A DNA stretch of 55,781 nucleotides, filler included, from an uncultured bacterium (GTDB lineage Bacteria > DYJV01), in assembly GCA_964543655.1 (NCBI GenBank). It is 6 parts of 5 records of this genome, joined end to end, with 100 filler letters (N's around TTAATTAATTAA, not from the genome) between each part and the next. Parts side by side here need not be neighbours in the genome. Positions count along the whole stretch, not along the records: positions 1 to 17,131 come from CAZIZE010000094.1; 5 more parts are not named here. One strand, given 5' to 3'. The position numbers and the translations under genes are program-made. How positions within the stretch are numbered: the stretch's first letter is position 1; the number at the start of each line of letters is the position of its first letter. This document shows, in pieces, positions 1-9,312 of this stretch. The notes under the pieces were generated by a model. It ran no database searches, was not told where the DNA came from, and worked only from the letters and a program-made list of their open reading frames with translations.

Positions 1-563
1 TTTCTCAAAATATCAGGTAATTTTTTCACAACTTCAAAAGTAACTGAAACATTGTCATAATTATAATCTTTTTTTAATTTTCTTAAAACTCTGTCAAGAT
101 CATTTATATTGTCATCTTTATTAGGCTCTTCAATTTCTAAATAAAGTTTAAATACAGTGGGCTCAATATCAAAAGAAGGGATTAAGTGCTTAATTTTACT
201 TGAAGAAAGTAAGAAATCTTTTTCTAATTTAAAAACAGAACTATCAACTTGCGATTCTTTTGGAATAACAACTTCTATTGGACCTTTAACCTTAGTAAGA
301 CACGCTAATCTATAACCTTCTGCAATTTCATCTTCAGATAATTTAGGACTTTTACCTCCAATATAATTAGTTCCAATAATCTTAACTTTACATTTACCAC
401 ATGCTCCTATGCCACCACAGGAAGCGTTAATATGGATTCCTGCAGCCATAGCTATTTTTAAAAGATTTTCACCTTCTTTATATACATCTATCTCAACATT
501 ATTTGGCAAAAATTTTATTTTAAACTTACCTGTAGGTTTTTTTAGTTCTTGAAAAGTTGCCAT
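1..563 (-). CDS. ASKHA/RACo-type corrinoid reductive activator with N-terminal 2Fe-2S ferredoxin domain (runs off the window)
   Basis: Not in the ORF track. Manual translation from ATG at 563 gives MATFQELKKPTGKFKIKFLPNN...INASCGGIGACGKCKV...GYRLACLT (2Fe-2S motif), then a RACo-like linker (LYLEIEEPNKDDNINDLDRV). Lies directly downstream of fhs. Confidence 0.85.
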   Translation of the reverse strand, partial: MATFQELKKPTGKFKIKFLPNNVEIDVYKEGENLLKIAMAAGIHINASCGGIGACGKCKVKIIGTNYIGGKSPKLSEDEIAEGYRLACLTKVKGPIEVVIPKESQVDSSVFKLEKDFLLSSSKIKHLIPSFDIEPTVFKLYLEIEEPNKDDNINDLDRVLRKLKKDYNYDNVSVTFEVVKKLPDILR

Positions 564-579
564 TTTAGTCCTTTTTATT

Positions 580-638
580 TTTTGTTAAAAAGCTAACTTT
601 TTAACTTTTTAACAAAATGGGAGGCAAAACGCCTCCCA
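580..638 (-). terminator. Tandem hairpins after fhs (intrinsic terminator-like hairpin plus a second long stem)
   Basis: TGGGAGGC-N5-GCCTCCCA (618-638) is followed on the minus strand by TTTTGTT. A second inverted repeat TTTTGTTAAAAAG...CTTTTTAACAAAA spans 580-617. Confidence 0.7.
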
Positions 639-653
639 AAGAATATAAATAGT

Positions 654-2417
654 TTAGAATAAACCTTTGATTTCTCCTGTTTCAAGGTCAATATCAACAT
701 TATAACCAGCAGGAGTTTTACCAAGACCAGGCATTGTTCTCATTTCACCACAAAGTGGATATAAGAAACCAGCACCTGCTGAAGGTCTAATATCTCTAAT
801 TGGCAATCTATAATTTTTAGGAACACCTTTCCAAGTAGGCTCATGAGAAATTGAAAGGTGTGTTTTAGCCATACAAATAGGAAGTTTATCTAAACCTTGT
901 TTTGTAAATAATTCAATTTTCTTTTCAGCAACTGGTGAATAATCAACGCCATCAGCATTGTAAATCTTTGTAGCAATTGTTTCAATTTTTTCTTTAATTG
1001 AAGCTTCAAGAGGATATAAGAATTTGAAGTTTTTAGTGTCAAAGTTGTCAGCAGCTTCCATAACAGCTTCTGCTGCTTCTGTAGCACCTGCACCACCGTG
1101 CATCCAAACTTCAATTGGGAAACATGCATAAGCACCAGCTTCTTTAGCCATTTTCTGAACAAGATTAACCTGCTCATCTGTGTCATCTTTAAACCTGTTA
1201 ACAGTAACAACAACTGGAACACCAAATAATTTAGCATTTTCAATTTGTTTTGCAAGGTTTGCACAACCTTTTTCAAGAGTTTCAAGAGTTCCTTCATCTT
1301 TGATTAACTTAACAAGCTGTTGTGCATTTAAACCAATAAGTTTTTCATTTGGGAAACCATGCATTGTAAGAGCTCTAACTGTACATGTAAGAACAACACA
1401 GCTTGGAACAATACCAGAATATCTACATTTAATATCCATAAATTTTTCCATACCAAGATCAGCAGCAAAACCACTTTCAGTAACAACATAATCAGCCATT
1501 TTAACAGCAACCTGGTCAGAGATAATAGAACTATTACCATGAGCAATATTTGCAAAAGGACCAGCATGAATAAATGCAGGGTTACCTTCAAGAGATTGAA
1601 TAAGGTTTGGCTTTAATGCATCTTTCATAAGAACAGTCATAGCACCAGCAACACCTATATCTTCAGCAGTAACAGGATCGCCATTTTTATTGTAAGCAAC
1701 AATAATTCTTCCTATTCTTTCTCTCAAGTCTTTAAGATCTGTAGCTAAAGCAAGTATAGCCATAACCTCTGATGCAACTGCTATATCAAAACCTGATTCT
1801 CTTGGAACACCATCAAGTTTTCCACCAAGGCCAATAACTATATTTCTTAAAGCCCTGTCATTAACATCAACTACTCTTCTCCAGGGAATATTAAAAATAT
1901 CAATATCAAGCTCACCTAATCTAATTCTATTATCAAGATATGCAGCACATAAGTTGTGTGCAACAGAAACAGCATGAATATCACCAGTAAAATGTAAGTT
2001 TAACTCATCCATTGGAACAACTTGTGCATAACCACCACCTGCTGCACCACCTTTAATACCAAAAACTGGCCCCATTGATGGCTCTCTTAAACAGAGAAAA
2101 GCAGATTTTCCTTTTGGTTTTCCAACAAGGTTAAGAGCTTCATACATACCAATTGATGTAACTGTTTTACCTTCACCAAGTGGTGTAGGGGTAATTGCAG
2201 TAACATCAATGAGTCTTCCATTTGGCTTATCTTTTAATCTTTTCAGTACAGCAGCATAATCAATTTTAGCTTTATACTTTCCGTATGGTTCAACTTCTTC
2301 TTCTAAAAATCCAGCTTCAAGTGCCAAATCCATAATTTTTTTCATCTTACCTGACTTTAAATGTGCTTGTGCAATTTCAAGATCTGATGGAACTTCTCTT
2401 GGTGGTAATTTAGGCAT
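654..2417 (-). CDS. fhs: Formate--tetrahydrofolate ligase
   Basis: Motifs TAITPTPLGEGKT, GIKGGAAGGGY, HAGPFANIAHG, PICMAKT and MRTMPGL. Start moved to ATG 2417, 6 nt after AGGAGG. Confidence 0.97.
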   Translation of the reverse strand: MPKLPPREVPSDLEIAQAHLKSGKMKKIMDLALEAGFLEEEVEPYGKYKAKIDYAAVLKRLKDKPNGRLIDVTAITPTPLGEGKTVTSIGMYEALNLVGKPKGKSAFLCLREPSMGPVFGIKGGAAGGGYAQVVPMDELNLHFTGDIHAVSVAHNLCAAYLDNRIRLGELDIDIFNIPWRRVVDVNDRALRNIVIGLGGKLDGVPRESGFDIAVASEVMAILALATDLKDLRERIGRIIVAYNKNGDPVTAEDIGVAGAMTVLMKDALKPNLIQSLEGNPAFIHAGPFANIAHGNSSIISDQVAVKMADYVVTESGFAADLGMEKFMDIKCRYSGIVPSCVVLTCTVRALTMHGFPNEKLIGLNAQQLVKLIKDEGTLETLEKGCANLAKQIENAKLFGVPVVVTVNRFKDDTDEQVNLVQKMAKEAGAYACFPIEVWMHGGAGATEAAEAVMEAADNFDTKNFKFLYPLEASIKEKIETIATKIYNADGVDYSPVAEKKIELFTKQGLDKLPICMAKTHLSISHEPTWKGVPKNYRLPIRDIRPSAGAGFLYPLCGEMRTMPGLGKTPAGYNVDIDLETGEIKGLF

Positions 2418-2627
2418 AACCAACCTCCTTTAAAATATTTTTTTAAAAACAATAAAAAGAAAAGTAAAAACCTTCTTAAAATAAGCAAATACAGCAAAAA
2501 ACAGCGTTATATTTGCTTGATTTTCTCCAGAAAAATCAATCATATTAATATTTTATAGAGCATTTTCACTTATTGCAATTATTATCATTTGTCAACAAAA
2601 AAATAAATAAATATTTTCACAAGTATT

Positions 2628-3365
2628 TTAATATTTATTATGATACCCTCTTGGAGTAATAAAATATTTTCCATTAACAATTTTAGAGGATGAATTGCCC
2701 ACTATTACTACTGAAAACATATCTATTTCAAACTTTAAAAAATTTTCAAGATTTGTAAGCACTACAGATTGATTTTCTCTAAGCGCATTTTTAACAATTG
2801 CTACAGGCGTTGTCCTATCTTTGTAATTTAACATTATCTTTTGAGCTTCTTCTATTTGAAAGGTCCTTTTTCTGCTTTTGGGATTGTAAATTGCTATTAC
2901 AAAGTCAGCTTTTGCAGCAAACTCAATTCTTCTCTTAATTATTTCCCATTGAGTCAATAGATCACTTAAACTAACAACAGCAAAATCGTGCATTATTGGT
3001 GCTCCAACAACTGCTGCTGCTGCATTAAAAGCAGATACCCCCGGGATAACCTCAACGTCTAAATTATTAATTAATCCTCTTTTTTCAATTAACTCCAATA
3101 TCAGACCAGCCATACCATAAATACCTGCATCACCTGTGCTAACAACTGCAACTTTTTTACCATTTAAAGCATACTCAATCGCCTTTTCTCCTCTTTCAAC
3201 CTCTCCGGTCATACCTGAAAGGAAAACTTCTTTTTTATCAAGAAATTTTTCCACATATTGCTTATATTTTGTATAACAAACTATTACCTCACACTCCTCT
3301 AAAACTTCTACTGCTCTTAAAGTAAAATACTTCTCACCACCAGGTCCAATTCCAACTATGAAAAT
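2628..3365 (-). CDS. cbiH: Cobalt-precorrin-3B C17-methyltransferase (start uncertain: ATT 3365 or ATG 3437)
   Basis: Motifs IVGIGPG, VSTGDAGIYGMAG, GAPIMHDFAVVSLSD, YNPKS and TPRGY. Confidence 0.92.
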   Translation of the reverse strand: MFIVGIGPGGEKYFTLRAVEVLEECEVIVCYTKYKQYVEKFLDKKEVFLSGMTGEVERGEKAIEYALNGKKVAVVSTGDAGIYGMAGLILELIEKRGLINNLDVEVIPGVSAFNAAAAVVGAPIMHDFAVVSLSDLLTQWEIIKRRIEFAAKADFVIAIYNPKSRKRTFQIEEAQKIMLNYKDRTTPVAIVKNALRENQSVVLTNLENFLKFEIDMFSVVIVGNSSSKIVNGKYFITPRGYHNKY

Positions 3366-4432
3366 AGAAGCTCCTGCACTGCTATTGTCACATTGCCCTG
3401 TTTTATCTTTGGTAGAAGCTTCTTCCTCTTGAAGCATTCTCTCATATCTCTTTTGGCACTCAAAATTGCTGCTGGTTCGCATACTCCCTTAACTCCCACT
3501 GTTTTTTCTACATATCTGCTCTGTTTATATGGATCTTTAACAGAGTTTAATTCCTCTTTTGTAAAAAATCTCAAGTTTATATTATACTTCTCTCTAAACA
3601 TCAACAAACATTTTTCATCACTTTTAATATCTATACTTGCAATTGAATTAATTGACTTAAAAGAGCGCTTTAACATTAATAGATTATGCTTTATAACTGC
3701 ATCAAGCTCTTCAAATGATGTTCCTCTGTTGCAACCAATTCCAATGTATAAATTTTTAGGTCTAACAATTAAAAAATCACTACTGATATCAAGCAAATTG
3801 GTAACAGCTATTTTATGCTCAATTCTTGAACGAATAAGACTGTTCAATGATTTGTAAAACTTTAAACACTTTAAAATATTTTTATCATCATGGTAGAATT
3901 TTTTTAAAACTTCAGCAGGAATATTAATGGCTACTTTTTCATTATTTAAAACTGCTCTGTTTATAACTTTAATTTTGTATGGATTCTCTATACTCCAACC
4001 AAATTTTCTTACCATATCATCAATTGCAAACTTCTTATTAACATCAGTTGCTGTGGTTATTACAGGGATTGCTCCTATTCTTTCTGAAATATAAGATGCA
4101 AGCTCATTCCCTCCACCAAGATGACCAGAAATAAGGCTAATTGCAAATTTACCATTATCATCCATAACAATTAACGCAGGATCAGTTATTTTAGATTTTA
4201 TTAATTTAGCCACTTTTCTAACAACAATACCAGTAGCCATTATAGCTATTATGTTGTTAAAATTTTTAAAACATTCTTCAAAGATACTATCAAGTTTTCT
4301 CTCTTTTGAAATGGAAAATATCTCAGAATTTGGAAAAATCTTTAAAAGAGTTTTAGCTAATCTCTCACCATTTTTAGTAATATGGATAATTGCTGTCTTC
4401 TTTTCATAAATTTCTATTAAATCCCCAAACAT
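3356..4432 (-). CDS. cbiG: Cobalt-precorrin-5A hydrolase
   Basis: Motifs IMATGIVVR, DPALIV, LISGHLGGGN, PVITTATD, GIGCNRG and GVCEPAA. Start placed at ATG 4432. Confidence 0.93.
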   Translation of the reverse strand: MFGDLIEIYEKKTAIIHITKNGERLAKTLLKIFPNSEIFSISKERKLDSIFEECFKNFNNIIAIMATGIVVRKVAKLIKSKITDPALIVMDDNGKFAISLISGHLGGGNELASYISERIGAIPVITTATDVNKKFAIDDMVRKFGWSIENPYKIKVINRAVLNNEKVAINIPAEVLKKFYHDDKNILKCLKFYKSLNSLIRSRIEHKIAVTNLLDISSDFLIVRPKNLYIGIGCNRGTSFEELDAVIKHNLLMLKRSFKSINSIASIDIKSDEKCLLMFREKYNINLRFFTKEELNSVKDPYKQSRYVEKTVGVKGVCEPAAILSAKRDMRECFKRKKLLPKIKQGNVTIAVQELLFS

Positions 4433-4473
4433 AATTACCCATAACAAAATAGTAGGAAATAATAAAGATTTTT

Positions 4474-5484
4474 TTAACAAATACGAGGAACAAGCTCACC
4501 AGCTGGCATATCAACTATTCTAATACTTCCAAGTTCTGTTCTTAAGTTAACTTCACCTTTACCTTCCTTTTCTACAAAACCTATAATTGCTGCATTTTTT
4601 CCATATTTATCCTTTTTCATCTCATTTAAAATTTTATCAGCATCACATTTATCACAAAAAAGTAAAAACTTACCTTCATTAGCAATATATAAAGGATCAA
4701 GACCTAAAATTTCACAAACTGCCTTAACATTGGCTCTAATAGGTATATCCCTTTCATTTATAATAAAATCCTTTCCACTTATTTTTGCAAGCTCAAGTAA
4801 AACCACACCTATACCTCCCCTTGTTGCATCTCTCATACAATGGATATTGTTACTAATATTTTTCAATCTCTCAATTAAGTTATTTAGTGGAGCTGAATCA
4901 GAATTAATATCTGAATCTACATTTAACTCTTCTCTTTTACATAAAATAGCCGCACCATGCTCTGCTATATTACCATTTACAATAATAGCATCTCCTTTCA
5001 TAATTTTATCAGCTCCAATATTACCTTTATAATTGTATATTCCAATACCAGCTGTATTTATAAAAATTTTATCACAGGTACCTTTATGAACAACCTTAGT
5101 ATCACCTGTAACTATTTTTACATTAGCTTCTTCAGCTGCCTTTTTTATTGAAGATAAAATTCTTTCAAATTCTTCAAAAAGTAACCCTTCTTCAATAATG
5201 AAAGAAACGCTTATATATAGTGGCTTTGCTCCTGAGACTGCAAGATCATTAACTGTACCATGAATGGATAAAGAGCCAATATCACCTCCAGGAAAAAAAA
5301 TTGGATTAATAACATATGAGTCAGTTGTAAAGCATATTTTATTACTATTTGTTTCAATAAGTGCACTATCATTTAACTCATTTAACCATTTGTTGTTAAA
5401 GTATTTTAAAATAACATCTTTAATAAGATTATTTGTTAATAATCCACCGCTTCCATGAGAAAGTAAAATTCTATCAAAATTCAT
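4474..5484 (-). CDS. hypE: Hydrogenase maturation carbamoyl dehydratase
   Basis: Motifs HGSGG, FTTDSY, GDTKVV, RDATRGG and ANEG, with the C-terminal PRIC. ATG 5484 follows AAAGGGGGG. Confidence 0.96.
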   Translation of the reverse strand: MNFDRILLSHGSGGLLTNNLIKDVILKYFNNKWLNELNDSALIETNSNKICFTTDSYVINPIFFPGGDIGSLSIHGTVNDLAVSGAKPLYISVSFIIEEGLLFEEFERILSSIKKAAEEANVKIVTGDTKVVHKGTCDKIFINTAGIGIYNYKGNIGADKIMKGDAIIVNGNIAEHGAAILCKREELNVDSDINSDSAPLNNLIERLKNISNNIHCMRDATRGGIGVVLLELAKISGKDFIINERDIPIRANVKAVCEILGLDPLYIANEGKFLLFCDKCDADKILNEMKKDKYGKNAAIIGFVEKEGKGEVNLRTELGSIRIVDMPAGELVPRIC

Positions 5485-5485
5485 G

Positions 5486-7756
5486 TTACCCCCCTTTTTC
5501 ATAAATCATTGATGCAATAACTGCCTGTCCAAGTGCAAGTCCACCATCATTTGTAGGCACCTCTCTATGAAAAAAAACTTCAAAGCCATTTGCAAGAAGT
5601 TTTTCAACAAAAGCTTCAAGTAAAATTCTATTTTGAAAACAACCACCACTTAAAACTACTCTATTAATAAACTCTCTCTGTTTCAACATTTTAACATACT
5701 CAACAAATGCTTCCACAAAGGTATAGTGAAAACTTGCAGCAAGATATTCTGATGAAACTCCATTTAAAAGCTGCTCAACAATATATTTAAAGGTAAGGAA
5801 AAAATCTATCTGTCCATCCTCTATTTTATAAGGTAAAATTTCAAATTCTTTGCAAAAACTAACAGCCTCAAGTTTCATTGCAGCTTCAGCTTCATATCCA
5901 ACATTCCTTATTCCTAGTAGCAATGAGCTAAAAGCATCAAATAATCTTCCTGCACTGGAAGTGTAAATTGAGTTAATTTTTTTTCTATAAATTTTATAAA
6001 ATATTTCTACATCTTTTATATGTTCAGGGATAACATTGAATTCTCTTGCATAGTTTATCCATTTATCACCAAAACATTCAATTAGAAATAAAACAACTAT
6101 CCTCCAAATCTGCTTAACTGCAACTTCCCCACCAATTAGAAGAAAATTCTTTATAAAACCTGCTCTAAAAAAAGAGGTTTCATCTGCAACCAGAACTTCT
6201 CCACCCCAGATAGTTTTATCAGTTCCAAAACCTGTACCATCAAGAGCAATTCCAATTACCTTACCACTTATTCTATTTTCAGCCATACAACTAACAATAT
6301 GCGCATGATGATGCTGAACTGAAATTATCTTTTTTTTATTAAAATTTTCAAAAGCATATCTTGTAGAAAAATAATCCGGATGCATATCAACTGCCACAAT
6401 TTCTGGTTTAACCTCTGTAATCCTTTGCATAAGAGCAATATTTTCTAAAAAAAACTCTCTACTTAAAGGAGTTTCCATATCTCCAATATGTGGGCTTAAA
6501 AAAGCATAACTATCCCTGATTATACATATAGTATTTTTCATGTGTCCACCAAGAGATAGCACTGGTTCATGCTCTTTTATAAGTTTTATTGGCAAAGGAG
6601 CAAAACCTCTTGAGCGTCTAAATATAACCTTGCATCTTTTAACTGCTGCACAAATAGAATCATCACACCTTACAAGAATATCTCTGTTGTGAAGGAGAAA
6701 ATAATCAGCAATATTTTTAAGTCTCTCTAAAGCATCGCTATTATCAATGGAAATTGGCTCATCTGAAATATTACCACTTGTCATAATAATAAATGGTAAT
6801 TCTTCAACTAAAAGTATATGAAGTGGTGTATATGGTAGTATAAGCCCATAATTTGCAAGTGCTGGAGCAATATTTTTAGCAAGAATATTGTTTTCTTTTT
6901 TTTGAAGTAGTACAATTGGACTTTGTGGAGATAAAAGGAGCTTCTCCTCTATTCTGTTAATATGGGATACCATTTTAGCATGCTCTAAATCTTTTACCAT
7001 TACTGCAAATGCCTTAGATTCACGTAATTTTCTACGCCTCAACATTTCAACAGCTTGCTCATTGGTTGCATCAACTGCAAGGTGAAAGCCCCCTATACCT
7101 TTAACTGCAATTATCTTTCCCTGCTTTAAAAGTGTAATGCTATATTTTATTTCATCTTTAGAAACAACTTTCTCACCTTTTCTATTAACTAAAAATAATT
7201 TTGGACCACATTTTTCACATGCTATTGGCTCAGCATGAAAACGTCTATTATCTGGATTTTCATACTCTTCTCTACAGAAACTGCACATTTTAAACTTACT
7301 CATAGATGTGTTTTTTCTATCATATGGAATATCCTTTATAATAGTAAGCCTTGGGCCACAATTTGTACAATTTATAAAAGGGTATCTATATCGCCTATTA
7401 TTTTTATCAAAAAGCTCCTTCACACAATCATTGCAAATTGCTATATCAGGAGATATATGAATTTTTAATTGAGATGTTTTTTCTGAATCTAATATTTTAA
7501 ATTCTGTGTCATTCCTTATTTCTAACTCTCTTTTCTCTACTTTTTCTATTTTTGCAAGTGGTGGAAGCTCTGAATTAACCTTTTCTAAAAATTCTTCTAT
7601 ATTACACTCTATACCTTCAATTTCAACAACAACACAATCTGAAAGATTTTTTACAAATCCAGTAAGATTAAATAATTTGGATAACCTGAATATAAAAGGC
7701 CTAAACCCAACCCCTTGAACAATTCCATAAAATTTTATCTGCAACCTCTTTAACAT
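5486..7756 (-). CDS. hypF: Carbamoyltransferase HypF
   Basis: Acylphosphatase motif GIVQGVGFRPF, Zn-finger CxxC pairs, KGIGGFHL, QHHHAH, and PTNDGGLALGQ. Confidence 0.96.
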   Translation of the reverse strand: MLKRLQIKFYGIVQGVGFRPFIFRLSKLFNLTGFVKNLSDCVVVEIEGIECNIEEFLEKVNSELPPLAKIEKVEKRELEIRNDTEFKILDSEKTSQLKIHISPDIAICNDCVKELFDKNNRRYRYPFINCTNCGPRLTIIKDIPYDRKNTSMSKFKMCSFCREEYENPDNRRFHAEPIACEKCGPKLFLVNRKGEKVVSKDEIKYSITLLKQGKIIAVKGIGGFHLAVDATNEQAVEMLRRRKLRESKAFAVMVKDLEHAKMVSHINRIEEKLLLSPQSPIVLLQKKENNILAKNIAPALANYGLILPYTPLHILLVEELPFIIMTSGNISDEPISIDNSDALERLKNIADYFLLHNRDILVRCDDSICAAVKRCKVIFRRSRGFAPLPIKLIKEHEPVLSLGGHMKNTICIIRDSYAFLSPHIGDMETPLSREFFLENIALMQRITEVKPEIVAVDMHPDYFSTRYAFENFNKKKIISVQHHHAHIVSCMAENRISGKVIGIALDGTGFGTDKTIWGGEVLVADETSFFRAGFIKNFLLIGGEVAVKQIWRIVVLFLIECFGDKWINYAREFNVIPEHIKDVEIFYKIYRKKINSIYTSSAGRLFDAFSSLLLGIRNVGYEAEAAMKLEAVSFCKEFEILPYKIEDGQIDFFLTFKYIVEQLLNGVSSEYLAASFHYTFVEAFVEYVKMLKQREFINRVVLSGGCFQNRILLEAFVEKLLANGFEVFFHREVPTNDGGLALGQAVIASMIYEKGG

Positions 7757-7848
7757 AAATTTTCCATTTTCTATAAATAATTTTACATTTATTAACACAA
7801 AAACTCATTTCTGTAAAAATTATTTCTGATTTTTTTCTATTTTTAAAT

Positions 7849-7970
7849 TATACAAAACCAAATATAAAATCCAACTGCATTTTTTCTACAATTGCTTCTA
7901 TTTACCACAAAAGTTGTCATTTTGAGGGCTTTAGCCCGAAAAATCTTTTGCTTTAAAGTTTGTTTTGTAT
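7849..7970 (-). mobile_element. MITE-like element copy A (about 120 bp)
   Basis: Ends TATACAAAACCA...GTTTGTTTTGTAT. Its reverse complement aligns along its length with 49816-49933 and 43349-43467. Confidence 0.8.
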
Positions 7971-8091
7971 TATACAGAAACAACATTGAATAAAGATATT
8001 TTTGAGCTAACACCCTTAAAATAACAGCTTTTATAGTTAACTTAAACTTTTTTAAAAACTTTATATCACTTTTGAATCTGTTTTTGTATTA
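7971..8091 (+). mobile_element. MITE-like element copy B (diverged, back-to-back with copy A)
   Basis: TATACAGAAACAAC...AAAGATATTTTTGAGCTAACACCCTTAAAATAACAGCTTTT...TGTTTTTGTAT resembles the family's left end, core and right end. Confidence 0.6.
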
Positions 8092-8117
8092 TATAAACTA
8101 AATGTAAGAGGTATAAA

Positions 8118-8504
8118 ATGGAAAATTTAAAAGAAATGGTTGAAGAGGAAATGTTTAGAAAATTTTTAAATATTGAAGTTGTGGAAATTAAAAATGGTTT
8201 TTCAAAAGTTAAATTAGATATTACTCAGCAGATGACAAATATTTATGGTTTTACTCATGGAGGAGTGATATTTTCTCTTGCTGATGAGGCTTTTGAACTT
8301 GCCTGTAACTCAAGAGGGTTTGTTGAATTTGGATTAAATGTAAATATTGCTTATACAAGAGGTTCAAAAGTTGGTGATACCCTTTATGCTGAGGCGAGAT
8401 TTATCTCTGAATCTAAAACAATTTCCACCTATGAAATAAAAATTTTTAATCAACACAATGATATTATTGCCTCATGTCAGGCAATGGCTTATAAACGGAA
8501 GTAG
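8118..8504 (+). CDS. PaaI-family hotdog thioesterase
   Basis: Motif NIYGFTHGGVIFSLADEAF. Confidence 0.9.
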   Translation: MENLKEMVEEEMFRKFLNIEVVEIKNGFSKVKLDITQQMTNIYGFTHGGVIFSLADEAFELACNSRGFVEFGLNVNIAYTRGSKVGDTLYAEARFISESKTISTYEIKIFNQHNDIIASCQAMAYKRK

Positions 8505-8870
8505 TTTCTCTTTTATTTTATTTTTTATTTTTACAAATTCATTATATGGCTTGCCATCTGGATCATTTAGAGGAAAATGAGCTATTTTTTTAGCGTTTGG
8601 AAATATTGGGCAGGTTTCTTTTGCATTATCACATACAGTTAATACCATATCAAAATAATCTTTTACAAAATTATCCACTGATTTTGAATAAAGAGTATCA
8701 CTCCATATTCCCTCTTCTATTAAAACCTTTTTTGCAAAAGGATGAACATTTTTAGCAGGCTTAGCACCTGCACTAAAAGCAGATATGTTCTCTAAATAAT
8801 TATTAACCATTGCTTCTGCTATTATGGAACGGCAACTATTGCCTGTACATAATATAAGAATTTTTTTCAT
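8472..8870 (-). CDS. arsC: Thioredoxin-dependent arsenate reductase (LMW-PTPase fold)
   Basis: CTGNSCRS P-loop, resolving cysteines in TVCDNAKETCP, and a DP motif. Confidence 0.88.
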   Translation of the reverse strand: MKKILILCTGNSCRSIIAEAMVNNYLENISAFSAGAKPAKNVHPFAKKVLIEEGIWSDTLYSKSVDNFVKDYFDMVLTVCDNAKETCPIFPNAKKIAHFPLNDPDGKPYNEFVKIKNKIKEKLLPFISHCLT

Positions 8871-9301
8871 GTTGAATTTTTCTTTTTATTAAATGATATT
8901 GAAGCAATTTCATCAAGAAATTTCTGTTCTTTTAAATTTTCCTCTTTAAGATACTCTTGATATTTTTTCTCTTTTAGATTTTCAAGAACCTTTCTCTCTT
9001 TCTGCGCCTGAAAAAGCCTTAGCTCTATCTGTTTTAATTCCATATTGAGATTATTGATTTTTATTGCTTGATATTTTATAGATTCTTTTAATTTGAAAAT
9101 ATAATTGTCTAATAATTTTAAATCATTTATTGTTAGTTTCAAAGATTTTTCAATTTTAGCTTTATTTAAATTCTCTTTAAATCTTTCCAGCTCTTTTTCA
9201 GCTGCTAATACCTCACCTTTTTTAATTTGAAACTCTTTAATTATCTCTTTCTCTCTTATTTTTCTAAGTTTTAAAACTGATTCTAATTTAAATTTGAACA
9301 T
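8867..9301 (-). CDS. fliJ: Flagellar export protein FliJ
   Basis: N-terminal FKFKLESVLKLR, coiled coil, C-terminal EQKFLDE. Follows fliI. Confidence 0.9.
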   Translation of the reverse strand: MFKFKLESVLKLRKIREKEIIKEFQIKKGEVLAAEKELERFKENLNKAKIEKSLKLTINDLKLLDNYIFKLKESIKYQAIKINNLNMELKQIELRLFQAQKERKVLENLKEKKYQEYLKEENLKEQKFLDEIASISFNKKKNST

Positions 9302-9312
9302 ATCAAATTTAC

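Noticed and set aside
8472-8474. Sec read-through at the arsC stop (HCLT-TGA)
   Set aside because: The ArsC domain is already complete, and the downstream sequence is the antisense of the thioesterase gene.
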